From: an uncultured Pseudomonadota bacterium
GTDB taxonomy: Bacteria; Myxococcota_A; Polyangia; Fen-1088
Length of the DNA stretch: 64,000 nucleotides
Assembly: GCA_963847705.1 (NCBI GenBank)
Contig: CAWKBC010000010.1
Span: 64,001-128,000, forward strand
Reading direction: 5' to 3'
Shown here one piece after another: positions 1 through 9,403 of the stretch. Within the stretch, counting starts at the first letter, position 1. Every line of letters starts with the position of its first letter. The notes below the pieces were generated by a model. That model did no database searches, had not been told where the DNA came from, and saw nothing but the letters and a program-made list of their open reading frames with translations. The translations under genes were made by a program, and so were the position numbers.

Positions 1-37
1 ATCAAGCACCGCTGGATTCCGGATCTAGATTGTCGAT

Positions 38-238
38 ATGAGCGTGATGCTGGAATTTACCGATGATGAGCTGCGCGAGCTGACGCTCGCGCTCGAGGAG
101 CAGCGACACGGCCTGATGATCGAGCTGACCAGCGCAGACGCCCGTGAGTTCAAGGAGCGTCTGCGGATGCAGCTGGAGAAGGTCGAGACGCTCGCGGCGC
201 GGATCGAGTCGACCGCCCTCCCCGCACCGATGAGCTGA
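38..238 (+). CDS. small hypothetical protein (66 aa, helical, acidic)
   Basis: ATG start and natural amino-acid composition (MSVMLEFTDDELRELTLALEEQ...). Converges on the kinase gene, ending 5 nt from its stop. Confidence 0.6.
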   Translation: MSVMLEFTDDELRELTLALEEQRHGLMIELTSADAREFKERLRMQLEKVETLAARIESTALPAPMS

Positions 239-243
239 CTGAC

Positions 244-1725
244 TCACCTCGCGACGGAGAATCGCCGGACGCCGAACGCGTGCGCTCCGGGCGACGAGCC
301 CGCGAAGACGACTGGCGCCCGACCCGTCTCCTGGCCATGGCGCGCGGCGATGGCGTCGACCGCCGCTCGACCACCGCGGCGCGCCAGGACGGCGACGGTC
401 CCGCCGCTTCCACCGCCGGTGATCTTGGCGCCGTAGAGCCCCGCTGCTGGTCCCGCGGCGCGCACCAGCTCCACCAGGCGATCGGTCGCGGCGGCGGCCA
501 GCCCGCAGGTGGCGTAGCTGGCGTGCGCTTCGTACATCAGCTCGCCAAGCAGCGTCCGCGACTCTTCACTCTCGGCGCCTCCGGCCAAAAGCGCCCGCCA
601 CAGGCGGACCCGCTGGTGCTCCTCGATCGGGTGCTCGGTCGCGGCCCGGACGGAATAGCTCCGCGCCGGGTCGACGCGGGTGGCGGGATCGGTCGTGCCT
701 TGAAACTCGGCGAGGAAGTGCGCTCCGTCGATCCGCTCCGGAACCAGCGTCCGAAACTGCCCGCGCCAGCGGGAGGGCGTGACGTTCGCCAGGTAACCAC
801 CGAAGATCGGATCGTCGATGGCGACGCGCCCCGGTCCCACAGAGCGCGCGGTGAGCCCCGCCGCGGCAGCGATCATCCGATAACCCATGAAGGCGGCCAC
901 CCGGACGCTGCCGTAGTCCGCCCCCGACACGGCGTGCCGGACGCCCGAGTCGATCCCGAAGACCTCGATCGACGGCGGCAGCGGCAGGCTGCCCAGGAGC
1001 TCCGCGGGCTGGCAGAGAAGCTCGAGGAGGTGATCCGCCTCGCCGCAGGCAGAGGTCAGCTGGTCCATCACCCCGCAGGGGGCACCGACGATGAAGTTCT
1101 CCACCTGCTGCGCCAGCAGCGCCAGCGCCCTGCCGTCGAGGGCGAGTCCTTGCAGGGCGGCGATCGCTTCGAGCGCGGCGACCTCCAGCGCGGCCGACGA
1201 GCTCACCCCCTTGCCGGTCGGAACGTCGGAGCGAATCAAGAGGCGCATGGGGCGCGGCGGGACGCCGTGCTCGCGGTGGAGGATCACCAGCGCACCCAGG
1301 ACGTAGGCGGTCCAGGCGCGGCGCGGCTCGCGCGCGAACAGCGCCCGGGCCGCCGCGATGTCGAGCGGCGCTTCTCCCGCGGCCAGCTCGGCGAGCGGGA
1401 AGGTCGCGCGCGCCTCCGCCCCGGGATCGCCGAGCTGGTCGCTCTCGATGACAATCTCCTGGCCGCCGGTCTCCTGCGCCGCCACGAAGGTCGCGACCGC
1501 CAGCGGCAGCTCGAGCACGAGCGAGCCCGAGTAGTCGGCGATCCCGCCCATCAGATCGAGGCGGCCCGGCGCGCGCGCCAGCAGGAGCGGGCGGCGCGGA
1601 TCGAAGAAATCGGCCCGGGAAGCGATCCAGGCGATGGCCCGCCCGAGCTCCGAGCCCCTGGGGGGCGCCTCGCCTTCGCGAGACCCGGCCTCGAGACGCC
1701 ACGGCAGGCGCGGCGGAGGTGTCAT
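244..1725 (-). CDS. GHMP-family sugar kinase, L-arabinokinase-like (plant ARA1 kinase-domain type)
   Basis: Motifs RAPGRLDLMGGIADYSGSLVL, PTGKGVSSSAALEVA (GHMP ATP loop), VENFIVGAPCGVMDQ, GIDSGVRH and GAKITGGGSGG. ATG at 1725 overlaps the upstream stop (ATGA). The N-terminal part of ORF 244..2562 is shadow sequence. Confidence 0.85.
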   Translation of the reverse strand: MTPPPRLPWRLEAGSREGEAPPRGSELGRAIAWIASRADFFDPRRPLLLARAPGRLDLMGGIADYSGSLVLELPLAVATFVAAQETGGQEIVIESDQLGDPGAEARATFPLAELAAGEAPLDIAAARALFAREPRRAWTAYVLGALVILHREHGVPPRPMRLLIRSDVPTGKGVSSSAALEVAALEAIAALQGLALDGRALALLAQQVENFIVGAPCGVMDQLTSACGEADHLLELLCQPAELLGSLPLPPSIEVFGIDSGVRHAVSGADYGSVRVAAFMGYRMIAAAAGLTARSVGPGRVAIDDPIFGGYLANVTPSRWRGQFRTLVPERIDGAHFLAEFQGTTDPATRVDPARSYSVRAATEHPIEEHQRVRLWRALLAGGAESEESRTLLGELMYEAHASYATCGLAAAATDRLVELVRAAGPAAGLYGAKITGGGSGGTVAVLARRGGRAAVDAIAARHGQETGRAPVVFAGSSPGAHAFGVRRFSVAR

Positions 1726-2780
1726 GACGGAGAGAGACCCCGTTCGCCCAACGCCTCCCGGAGCGCCGGCTCCACCTGGGCGCGGATCGCCTCGTTCGCG
1801 TAACCGATCCAGGCGAGCTCGGAGAAGACGTCGAGCGGCGCGCTCAGCCGTCGGCCCGCCTCGTCGGTGACGATCACCCCCGCCTCGCGCGCGATGAGCT
1901 CGGTGGAGAGATCGTAGGGATGGGCGCAGAGCCCCAGCGCCTCGCCGCGCGCCCGCAGCACCGGCTCGACCAGCGGGCGGAGATCGCCCACCCAGCGATC
2001 GTGGCCGACCATGAGCTCGTAGAGCTGCCCGCCGCTGGAGATGTACTGATCTTCGAAGGCGCGCGCGCGCCCCTTCTCGCTTGGTCCCAGGAGGCGCGCC
2101 ACGACGGCGTCGTCGACCGCCGCCAGCTCGGCGCGCGCCCCGGGGAAGAAGCGCGACAGCCCCCCGTACCCCTGGGCGATGGTCTGGGCGCGGGAGGGGG
2201 CGAACGGCAAGGGCCGGCGCTCGCCGGTCAGGCGATTGAACCGCTCGGCCTGCGCGCCGCCGCCCGCCACGGCCCACAGCACGTCGCAGAGGTGCTGCTT
2301 GACGAGTGGAATCTCGGTCTGCACGGCGAGCTCGATGTCGGCGAGCGTGGCCGAGCGCTTCGCCCCTCGCGACCCGCCCCCGGGCCGGAAGGCCGCCACG
2401 CCGGTCAGCACCCAGGCGGATCGCTTCTGGTACATGAGGCCGCGCGTGCCGTCGATCGGATCGACCAGCACCACGATCTCGACGGCCTCCGGTGGCGTCC
2501 CCTCGGGCAGCACGCGCCGGCCGTCCTGGCCCAGCCCCTCGGCCACCAGGAGCAGCGGCCATTCCTGGGCCAGCGACTCGAACTCCGCGAGCAGCACCTC
2601 CTCCGACACCCGATCGATGGCGAACAGCGTGTCACCGGCGTCGTCGCCCACCACCGCCGCCAGCTCGTCGCCCGGACGCGTCTCGCAGCTGGCCACCACG
2701 CGATCGCGGATCTTCTCCTGGATGCCGCGAATCCGGGCCAGCAGCCGATCGACATCGGCCACGTCGCGCAGCGCGCTCAC
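1722..2780 (-). CDS. inositol-monophosphatase/FBPase-superfamily phosphatase
   Basis: Metal-binding motif VDPIDGT, plus IDRVSE, LVAEG and HPYDL. GTG at 2780 overlaps the galT stop (GTGA). Confidence 0.8.
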   Translation of the reverse strand: MSALRDVADVDRLLARIRGIQEKIRDRVVASCETRPGDELAAVVGDDAGDTLFAIDRVSEEVLLAEFESLAQEWPLLLVAEGLGQDGRRVLPEGTPPEAVEIVVLVDPIDGTRGLMYQKRSAWVLTGVAAFRPGGGSRGAKRSATLADIELAVQTEIPLVKQHLCDVLWAVAGGGAQAERFNRLTGERRPLPFAPSRAQTIAQGYGGLSRFFPGARAELAAVDDAVVARLLGPSEKGRARAFEDQYISSGGQLYELMVGHDRWVGDLRPLVEPVLRARGEALGLCAHPYDLSTELIAREAGVIVTDEAGRRLSAPLDVFSELAWIGYANEAIRAQVEPALREALGERGLSPS

Positions 2781-3847
2781 GATCCGCTCGTCGACGCGTG
2801 GTGAAGGCCCGGGACGGCCCGCAGCTCGGCTGCCTTCTCCTCGGGAGAGGTGTCGGCCAGGAAGTTGCCGCCGCCGATCTCCGGACCGGCCAGATATTTG
2901 AGCAGGCTCGGCCGCCGCAGTGGCGGGTGAAAGGCGATGAAGAAGTGGTAGGCGTCGCCGGCGCCGACATCGGCGCCGAGCCCGAGCTTCGCCGGCGCCT
3001 GGTGCAGGGCCATGACGTAGGGAAAGGAGACCTTCCACAAGTTGTCGAACCGCGCCGTGACGTTCCCCAGCGCTGCCGCCAGCGACGCCACCTCGGCGTC
3101 GTCGAGCCCGAAGGCGTGCGGCACGCGGCGCTTGGGCGCGACGTAGACCTCGTAGGCGTAGCGGGCGAAATAGGGGACGAAGGCGATCACCCGCTCGTCC
3201 TCGAACAGAATGCGCCGGCCGTCCTGCTGCTCCGCGCGGATCAGGTCGTCGAAGAGCGCACGCCCGGTCCGGTCGCGGTGGCGAATCGACGCCGCCAGCT
3301 CGACCTCGACCGTCCTGAACACGAAGTTCGTGGCGTAGATCTGCCCGTGCGGGTGGGGGTTGGAGACGCCGACCACCTCCCCTTTGTTCTCGAAGCAGAG
3401 GACGTGCTCGACCTCGGGCCGCGCGCAGAGATCGCGCGTCTCGCGCCGCCAGACCTCGACCACCTCGCCGATCGCGGCGGCGGGCATCTCGGCCAGCGTG
3501 AGATCGTGACGGGGCGAGAAGCAGACGACGCGCGCGATGCCGGTGGCGCGCCGCGACTGATAGGGGGCCGGCGGAGCAACCGTTGCGGGGGCGTCAGGCC
3601 CGACGCAAGGGTGGTCGTTGTCGAACACGAACGTCCCGGTGTAGTCCGCGTTGCGCAGGCCGCTCACCCGCATGTTGCCCGGGCACAGATGACAGCGGGG
3701 ATCGTGACGGACCGGCCGCGTCGTCGTGGCCGCGACGGTCTCACCCGTCCAGGGCCGCGTCTGACGGTGGGCGGCGACGATCACCCACTCCTCGCGCAAG
3801 GGGTGCCACCGCTCCTCCCAGGTCTGCGGAGCACCGTCCGACGTCAT
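2777..3847 (-). CDS. galT: galactose-1-phosphate uridylyltransferase family (GalT, HIT-like)
   Basis: [39 protein letters not shown] and catalytic [11 protein letters not shown] at 3847. Confidence 0.9.
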   Translation of the reverse strand: MTSDGAPQTWEERWHPLREEWVIVAAHRQTRPWTGETVAATTTRPVRHDPRCHLCPGNMRVSGLRNADYTGTFVFDNDHPCVGPDAPATVAPPAPYQSRRATGIARVVCFSPRHDLTLAEMPAAAIGEVVEVWRRETRDLCARPEVEHVLCFENKGEVVGVSNPHPHGQIYATNFVFRTVEVELAASIRHRDRTGRALFDDLIRAEQQDGRRILFEDERVIAFVPYFARYAYEVYVAPKRRVPHAFGLDDAEVASLAAALGNVTARFDNLWKVSFPYVMALHQAPAKLGLGADVGAGDAYHFFIAFHPPLRRPSLLKYLAGPEIGGGNFLADTSPEEKAAELRAVPGLHHASTSGS

Positions 3848-3849
3848 GC

Positions 3850-5499
3850 TCAGAAGGCGACCTCGGCCTGCAGCTTGACGACGTTCTGGTCGGGCGTCAT
3901 GCCCGAATACGGGCCCTGTTGGAGGACATTGGCTCCCGCCACGAGCGGTGCGTTCCACGGCCATTGCTGATTGAGCTTCATGTTGTCGCCGTAGAAGTAT
4001 CGAGAGTACTGAAAGTAGATGCGCTCGCTGGAAAGGAAATGCGAGGAGAAAATGACCCGCGGCGTGAAGGCGGCGAAGACGTATCCGGACTGGCCCAGAG
4101 CGTAATTGACCTCATCGAAGCGAAGCATGAAGGCGAACCAGGTCGTAGCCTGGAGGGTCGCGTCCACACCGTACTTGAACTGCTTGATCTCGTTCTGGGC
4201 GAGAATCGAATACTGCTTGAGAGTCGACCCGGTCGGCAAATTGAGCTTGCTGTCCGCCAGCAGCCCGAAGACGCTCACCGTCACGTCGGGCACCCCACCC
4301 GGCGCGATACCCCGGACCCCGGAGAGCGTGTTCTCATAGAGGAAGCCGAAATTGAGCATCGATCCGCTGCCGGTCGAGTCGGTGGGGCTGCCGGTATAGG
4401 CCATGTAGTTCGTGGCGATGCCCGCGGCGCTGAGCGAGTGCATGACCTCGGTCCCCGCGCTGGCCAGCGCCCAGCCATTTCGAACGCTGAGAAACGACGG
4501 GGAGAGCCACAGATGACCCCAGTAGGGCGCACGCACGTTGCCCTCGAAGCCGACGACCGAGAGATGCGCCTGCTGGGCTGCCGCATAGGACTTGTCACCC
4601 GGCGTGGATTGCTGGGTCAGGTTCGGGTCGGCGGTCCACTCGGTGTTGATGTGAAACGCCAGGTCCGCGTACTTCGCGTAGTTGACCTTGAGATTCAGGT
4701 AGGCCAGCAGATCGACACCCGTGATGGCCCCGTAAAAGGCGGGAGCCCCAGGATTGAAGCTGCCGTCCCGTCCGGTCCCGAACCCTCCCACCCCCGTGAA
4801 CGTCCAGTCGGGAGTGAAAGGAACCGTCGCTTTCAATTGCCCACCCAACTGGCGAAAGCGCCCGAGCGTGTAAGTGTCGTATTTCTCGAAGTACCCAAAG
4901 CTCGGCCACCAGGCGCCCGCCGTGAAGGCAATGTTCGGTTTGAGATCGCCATCGCCGAGATCCGTATCGAGGGCGACGTAGGCCAGGCCCGGCGCCCACG
5001 CCGCGTCGTAGTTCCGGAACCCGACCGACTGGAACCAGTACCCCATCCATCCGACCGCGGCGTCGACGTGCTTCTTCCGGGCGTGGATGAAGACCTCCGC
5101 CCAGTCCTGCTCCTGCAGGCGTGTGTAGGCGAAGCTGTAGTAGTTCGCGTCGACCGTTCGATTGGGCCCGTACGACACCTGCGTGCTGGAGGGCCCCGTC
5201 GGGTTGTCGGGCCCCGGGCGTGAGCTGATGCCCAGCGCCATGGGCGCACGGAAGTACCCGTTGACGTCGATGTGCCAAGGCCCTGGGACGGGGGCCGGTT
5301 GCACTTCACTGGCGGCCGGCGGTTGGGGCGGCTGCGCCGTCGGCGGCGCCGGGGGCGGCGCGGTCGGCAGCGCGGGTGGCGGCTCTGCCTCCCCGGCCGG
5401 GGACTCGTCGGTCGGGTCAGCCGTCGGGGGTGCGGCCACCGCCCGAAGGGCCACCAGGGACGTCAACAACACGAAGGACGCTTGGAATTTTCTGCGCAT
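3850..5499 (-). CDS. putative outer-membrane beta-barrel protein (candidate carbohydrate porin)
   Basis: Signal peptide [23 protein letters not shown], Pro-rich linker, aromatic-rich alternating beta-strands, and a C-terminal KLQAEVAF beta-signal ending in Phe. Confidence 0.7.
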   Translation of the reverse strand: MRRKFQASFVLLTSLVALRAVAAPPTADPTDESPAGEAEPPPALPTAPPPAPPTAQPPQPPAASEVQPAPVPGPWHIDVNGYFRAPMALGISSRPGPDNPTGPSSTQVSYGPNRTVDANYYSFAYTRLQEQDWAEVFIHARKKHVDAAVGWMGYWFQSVGFRNYDAAWAPGLAYVALDTDLGDGDLKPNIAFTAGAWWPSFGYFEKYDTYTLGRFRQLGGQLKATVPFTPDWTFTGVGGFGTGRDGSFNPGAPAFYGAITGVDLLAYLNLKVNYAKYADLAFHINTEWTADPNLTQQSTPGDKSYAAAQQAHLSVVGFEGNVRAPYWGHLWLSPSFLSVRNGWALASAGTEVMHSLSAAGIATNYMAYTGSPTDSTGSGSMLNFGFLYENTLSGVRGIAPGGVPDVTVSVFGLLADSKLNLPTGSTLKQYSILAQNEIKQFKYGVDATLQATTWFAFMLRFDEVNYALGQSGYVFAAFTPRVIFSSHFLSSERIYFQYSRYFYGDNMKLNQQWPWNAPLVAGANVLQQGPYSGMTPDQNVVKLQAEVAF

Positions 5500-5515
5500 C
5501 GGATCGACGAGCCGC

Positions 5516-7003
5516 CTACTTGCCGTACTTCGCAGCAACGATGTTGGATTGAACGGAGTTGAGGGTGGCCAGCGAGGCGGCGCCGCTGGCCATGACGCCC
5601 TCGAACCACTCTCCCCCGTCGCTGTTGCTGTTGTCGCCGCCGATGCCGAGGATGATCGACCCCTGCTTGTGCATCGGAACGTAGCCCGTCTTGGCCGGCC
5701 GTATTCCGTCGTATTCGGTGGTCAAGGCGCCGTTCGTCGCGTCGGCGCCATAGAGCGCGAAGCGCCCCTTTCCCGAGTTCTGCGAGGCCACGTCGCCGAC
5801 GACCATGGCCGTCACGAAGTTGAACTTGAGCGGCGTGTTGGTGGCGATGTCCTGGTCATCACCGTCCCAGCCGGCGTAGAGACCGTTCTCCAGATCGGCT
5901 TCCACCCACGGACCATTGTTGTGGCCACCCGGAGAGCCGGTGCCCCAGACCACGCCTCCACCGAAGTAGACCGCCTCCATGGTGCCATTGCCGTCGTCAT
6001 GCGAGTCCGTCTCCGCGTTGCCATAGTCGAAGCAGCAGCCGTCGATCAGATTGTTCTGGCTCGTCACCATGTACTCGGTCTCGGCCGCGTCGCCGGTGGC
6101 GGTCCCCTTGGGGGTCACGACTCCGCAGCCGGTGCAGCCGGCGCGGTAGCCGATCCCCGTCTTGATGAGAATGCCGTAGACCGTGTGGCCGTTGGCTGTC
6201 GTCTTGAGGTCGGTGGCGCTGGCCGGATTGTCAGCGGTGGCGACGGCGCCGCCGCCAGGACCCGGCTTGAGGTGATTTCCGTTGGGGGACTGATCGTAGA
6301 TGATCGAGATGGTGCAGCTCCCGCCGGAGCAGAACGCGTCCTGAGAGGCGGAGTCGGCGTAGCCGGCCACCACCCCGATGTCCTTGGTCGTCCCCTTACA
6401 AGAATTCGGTCCCGTCACGAACGACCCCTTGCAGACCTGGTAGAGATTCCCGGTGTAGCTGCCGTAGAGCGCGCGCACCGTACTGTGGGCGGCGACGCAA
6501 GCGTTGCCGGCGCTGGCCAGGATGTCGCAAGGCCCGGTGAGAGCAACCGTGCCCCCGGTGCCGGTCGTGCCGCCGGTGGCCGGCGTGCCCCCGGTACCGG
6601 GCGTTCCGCCGGTGGCCGGTGTGCCGCCGCTGCCGGGCGTACCACCAGTGCCGGGTTTGCCGCCAGCGCCACCGGTCCCCGGCGTGCCACCCGTCCCCGG
6701 CGTGCCGCCAGTGCCGGGCGTGCCGCCGCTGCCGGGCGTGCCGCCAGCCCCCGGCCCGCCGCCGCTGCCGACGATGCCGCCGGTGCCGGTGGAGCCGCCG
6801 GTGTCAGTCGCGCCACCGGTTCCGGTCGAACCACCTGTGTCGCTGGTGCCGCCGGTCCCGGTGAAACCGCCGGTGTTATCTCCCGACGAGCCGCCGCCAC
6901 CGTCGCCGCCACTGCTGCCAGATGAAAACGACCAACATGAAGCGACGAGGACGCCGAGCGACAGCGCGAGGGACAGTGGTGCGGCGGAGCGAATCTTCTT
7001 CAT
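5516..7003 (-). CDS. abfB: alpha-L-arabinofuranosidase B (GH54) lipoprotein with Gly/Thr-rich linker and no CBM42
   Basis: GPCDI...CVAAHSTVRALY, CCFDYGNAE, ADLENGL (nucleophile Glu) and LGIGGDNS (acid/base Asp). Lipobox LVASC. GGAG lies upstream of ATG 7003. Confidence 0.9.
   Translation of the reverse strand: MKKIRSAAPLSLALSLGVLVASCWSFSSGSSGGDGGGGSSGDNTGGFTGTGGTSDTGGSTGTGGATDTGGSTGTGGIVGSGGGPGAGGTPGSGGTPGTGGTPGTGGTPGTGGAGGKPGTGGTPGSGGTPATGGTPGTGGTPATGGTTGTGGTVALTGPCDILASAGNACVAAHSTVRALYGSYTGNLYQVCKGSFVTGPNSCKGTTKDIGVVAGYADSASQDAFCSGGSCTISIIYDQSPNGNHLKPGPGGGAVATADNPASATDLKTTANGHTVYGILIKTGIGYRAGCTGCGVVTPKGTATGDAAETEYMVTSQNNLIDGCCFDYGNAETDSHDDGNGTMEAVYFGGGVVWGTGSPGGHNNGPWVEADLENGLYAGWDGDDQDIATNTPLKFNFVTAMVVGDVASQNSGKGRFALYGADATNGALTTEYDGIRPAKTGYVPMHKQGSIILGIGGDNSNSDGGEWFEGVMASGAASLATLNSVQSNIVAAKYGK
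6548..6870 (-). repeat. intragenic ~18-bp degenerate tandem repeat encoding a (G/T)GGTP(G/A)-type linker
   Basis: Translation GGTPGSGGTPGTGGTPGTGGTPGTGG... lies between the lipobox and the catalytic domain. Confidence 0.85.
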
Positions 7004-7450
7004 TTGCGACATCTCCAGGTACATAGGTCCCTCGATCGGGACCAGCGGGGCCGGTTGTGGCTGGGGGACAAGAGAGACTCCCGAAGGGTTCGTTCAGCGT
7101 GAGATATCGCGGACCTACCGGGGACCCCTGGGGCACACCCACCACCTGGAAAGGGTCCGCTGGTCGTGGATTGATGCAATCGAGAGGTGCCGTGTCGCCG
7201 ATCTTTCGGCTCAAGGTCCCCAGCGAACCATGAAGGCGTTTGCCCGGGAGAGCTGTCTGTTGTCAATGTTTCGGACTCGGCGTCTGCATCACGAATTCGA
7301 CCCGCGGCCTGTGCCATCTCCGTGTCGCCGCTTCGCCCGAACCCACCCGGCCACCAGGCGGCGACCGGGATCGATCTGCGGCCGCGCCGCGCGGACCAAG
7401 CACGCCGGCGCCCGACGCCGGCCGGTAGACGATCCGCTAGGTCTTCGGCG

Positions 7451-9280
7451 CTAGCTCTTCAACGACTGGCGGTAGGCGCGCCAGCCGCCGAAGCTCGAGA
7501 TGTCGGCCGCGCCGGCGAGCGCGTAGCCCTCGCAGAGGAACCCGGAGACGCGCGTCCCGTCGGCGAGCGAGAGGCTGCCGATGCAGAGCGGGGGCGGCAC
7601 CGCGGCGACGAAGGTCCCGAAGGCCTCCGCCGACAGCGCCCAGACCTCGATCTCGATCGCCACCCCGTCGCTGTCGACGCGGCCGAGGCCGGGCTTGGCG
7701 GGCGTGGTGTTGGGGAGGGCGTACAGCCGATAGACCGGCGCGGTCCGGGTGGCTCGAACGAATCGGCCGTCCAGCATCGTGAGCTGGTGGTTGAGCGGCT
7801 CGCCCGACAGGTGCGCGCCGACCACCGCGATCGAGATGAGCCCCGCCGTCGCCGAGACCGGCGGTGTCGCGGGGATCAGGTGGGGCCCGGCGCCCATGGT
7901 CCGGCTGGTGGCCCGGTGCACGAGGGCGGCGAAGGCGGCCAGGCGGGCGTCGCTCCCGGCGGGGCCGATCACCGTCGCGCCGGCGGGGAGACCGTCGGCG
8001 CGAAATCCGGTCGGCACCGCCACGGCCGCCAGGTCGAGCAGGTTGACGAAGTTCGCGTAGGCCCCGAGCGCCGAATTGAGGCCCAGCGGATCGGCCTCCA
8101 CCTCGTCCATGCGAAAGATGGTGGGCGTGGTGGGGACCAGCAGGAAGTCGACGGCGGCCAGCGCGCGGCCGGCGGCACGACGGAGCTGGCGCAGCCGGTG
8201 CTGGGCCTCGAAGGCGGCCGCCGCGTCGAAGCGCGCGGCGCTCTCCAGAATCGTCCGGACCGGCCCGATGATCGCGCCCGGCGCCGACGCCAGCAGGCCG
8301 CCGGTGGCGGCCAGCCGCTCGGCCACGAACGGGCCGTCGTAGAGCAGGCCGCCGGCCTCGCGAAAGGGGGCGAAGTCGACGTCGACGCGCTGGCCGCCCG
8401 AGGCGGCCAGCGTCTCCAGCGTTCGCTCGAAGACGCTCTGGGCGGCGAGATCGCCGCGGAAGTCGAGCGCCGCGCCCGCCGGAACGCCGAAACGAAACCG
8501 CGGCGGCGCGACCGTGGGCGTGAAGCGAACCGCGCCCGCGTCGGGGCGCGCGCCGGGATCGGAGTCGTCCGAGCCGCGCATGAGCTCGGCGATCTGGGCG
8601 GCGTCCTCGACGGTGAGCGCGAAGACCGAGACGCAGTCGAGCGAGCGGCAGGCGGGGACGACGCCGGTCGTGCTCAGGACGCCGCGGGTCGGCTTGAGAC
8701 CGACGATGTTGTTGAAGGCAGCCGGAACGCGCCCCGACCCGGCCGTGTCGCTGCCGAGCGCGAAGCTCACCAGGCCAGCCCCCACCGCCACCCCGGAGCC
8801 GGAGCTGGAACCGCCCGGGATGTAGCGCGCGTCGAACGGGTTGCGCGGGATCCCGTAGGGCGAACGGACACCGACCAGGCCGGTGGCGAACTGGTCGAGG
8901 TTGGTCTTCCCCAGGCAGAGCGCGCCGGCGGCCCGGAGGCGGGCCACCACCGGCGCGTCCGCCTTGGGCGTGTAGGTGAAGGCCGGGCAGGCCGCCGTGG
9001 TCGGCAGCCCGGCGACGTCGATGTTGTCCTTGACGGCGAAGGGGACGCCGAAGAGCGGCAGAGCCTCGCCGCCGGCCCGGCGCCGCTCGAGCTCCTTCGC
9101 CTGGGTCAAGAGCTGGGCCCGATCGGTCGCCGCGATCCAGACGCCGTCGTCTCCGCGCTCGTCGATGAGGGCGAAGATCTCGGCCAGAACCTCGGCCGGC
9201 CGCCCGCCGTCCTCGTACCTGCGGGCGAGGACACCGAGATCGAGGCTGGGAAAGTTCGCGGCGCGAGGCTTCGTCGACAT
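7451..9280 (-). CDS. atzF: allophanate hydrolase
   Basis: Amidase signature (AVKDNID, GGSSSGS, GSDTAGSGRVPAAFNNIVGLKPT) plus the AtzF C-terminal domain IAVVGAHLSGEPLNHQL. Confidence 0.92.
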   Translation of the reverse strand: MSTKPRAANFPSLDLGVLARRYEDGGRPAEVLAEIFALIDERGDDGVWIAATDRAQLLTQAKELERRRAGGEALPLFGVPFAVKDNIDVAGLPTTAACPAFTYTPKADAPVVARLRAAGALCLGKTNLDQFATGLVGVRSPYGIPRNPFDARYIPGGSSSGSGVAVGAGLVSFALGSDTAGSGRVPAAFNNIVGLKPTRGVLSTTGVVPACRSLDCVSVFALTVEDAAQIAELMRGSDDSDPGARPDAGAVRFTPTVAPPRFRFGVPAGAALDFRGDLAAQSVFERTLETLAASGGQRVDVDFAPFREAGGLLYDGPFVAERLAATGGLLASAPGAIIGPVRTILESAARFDAAAAFEAQHRLRQLRRAAGRALAAVDFLLVPTTPTIFRMDEVEADPLGLNSALGAYANFVNLLDLAAVAVPTGFRADGLPAGATVIGPAGSDARLAAFAALVHRATSRTMGAGPHLIPATPPVSATAGLISIAVVGAHLSGEPLNHQLTMLDGRFVRATRTAPVYRLYALPNTTPAKPGLGRVDSDGVAIEIEVWALSAEAFGTFVAAVPPPLCIGSLSLADGTRVSGFLCEGYALAGAADISSFGGWRAYRQSLKS

Positions 9281-9403
9281 CGGAACGGAGAATGCCGAAC
9301 CGAACCGTCGACGACAACTGCCGTCAACCGCGCGAAAGTGAAGTTACCAATAATTCGGGGCGACGAAAGAATCGAGAAACATGCGGCGGCCTATAAGCAA
9401 TCC

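Noticed and set aside
6548-6870. Periodic repeats resembling a CRISPR array
   Set aside because: They are in-frame codon repeats encoding a Gly/Thr/Pro linker, with no unique spacers and no cas genes.
7175-7192. Sigma-54-like element CGGCACCTCTCGATTGCA (minus strand) upstream of the GH54 gene
   Set aside because: The GG-to-GC spacing is 12 nt rather than the required 10.
7187-9403. Apparent 1115-aa ORF fusing a long N-terminal region to the BMP protein
   Set aside because: The N-terminal ~740 aa are the stop-poor antisense frame of atzF. The real protein begins with a signal peptide near 9404-9434.
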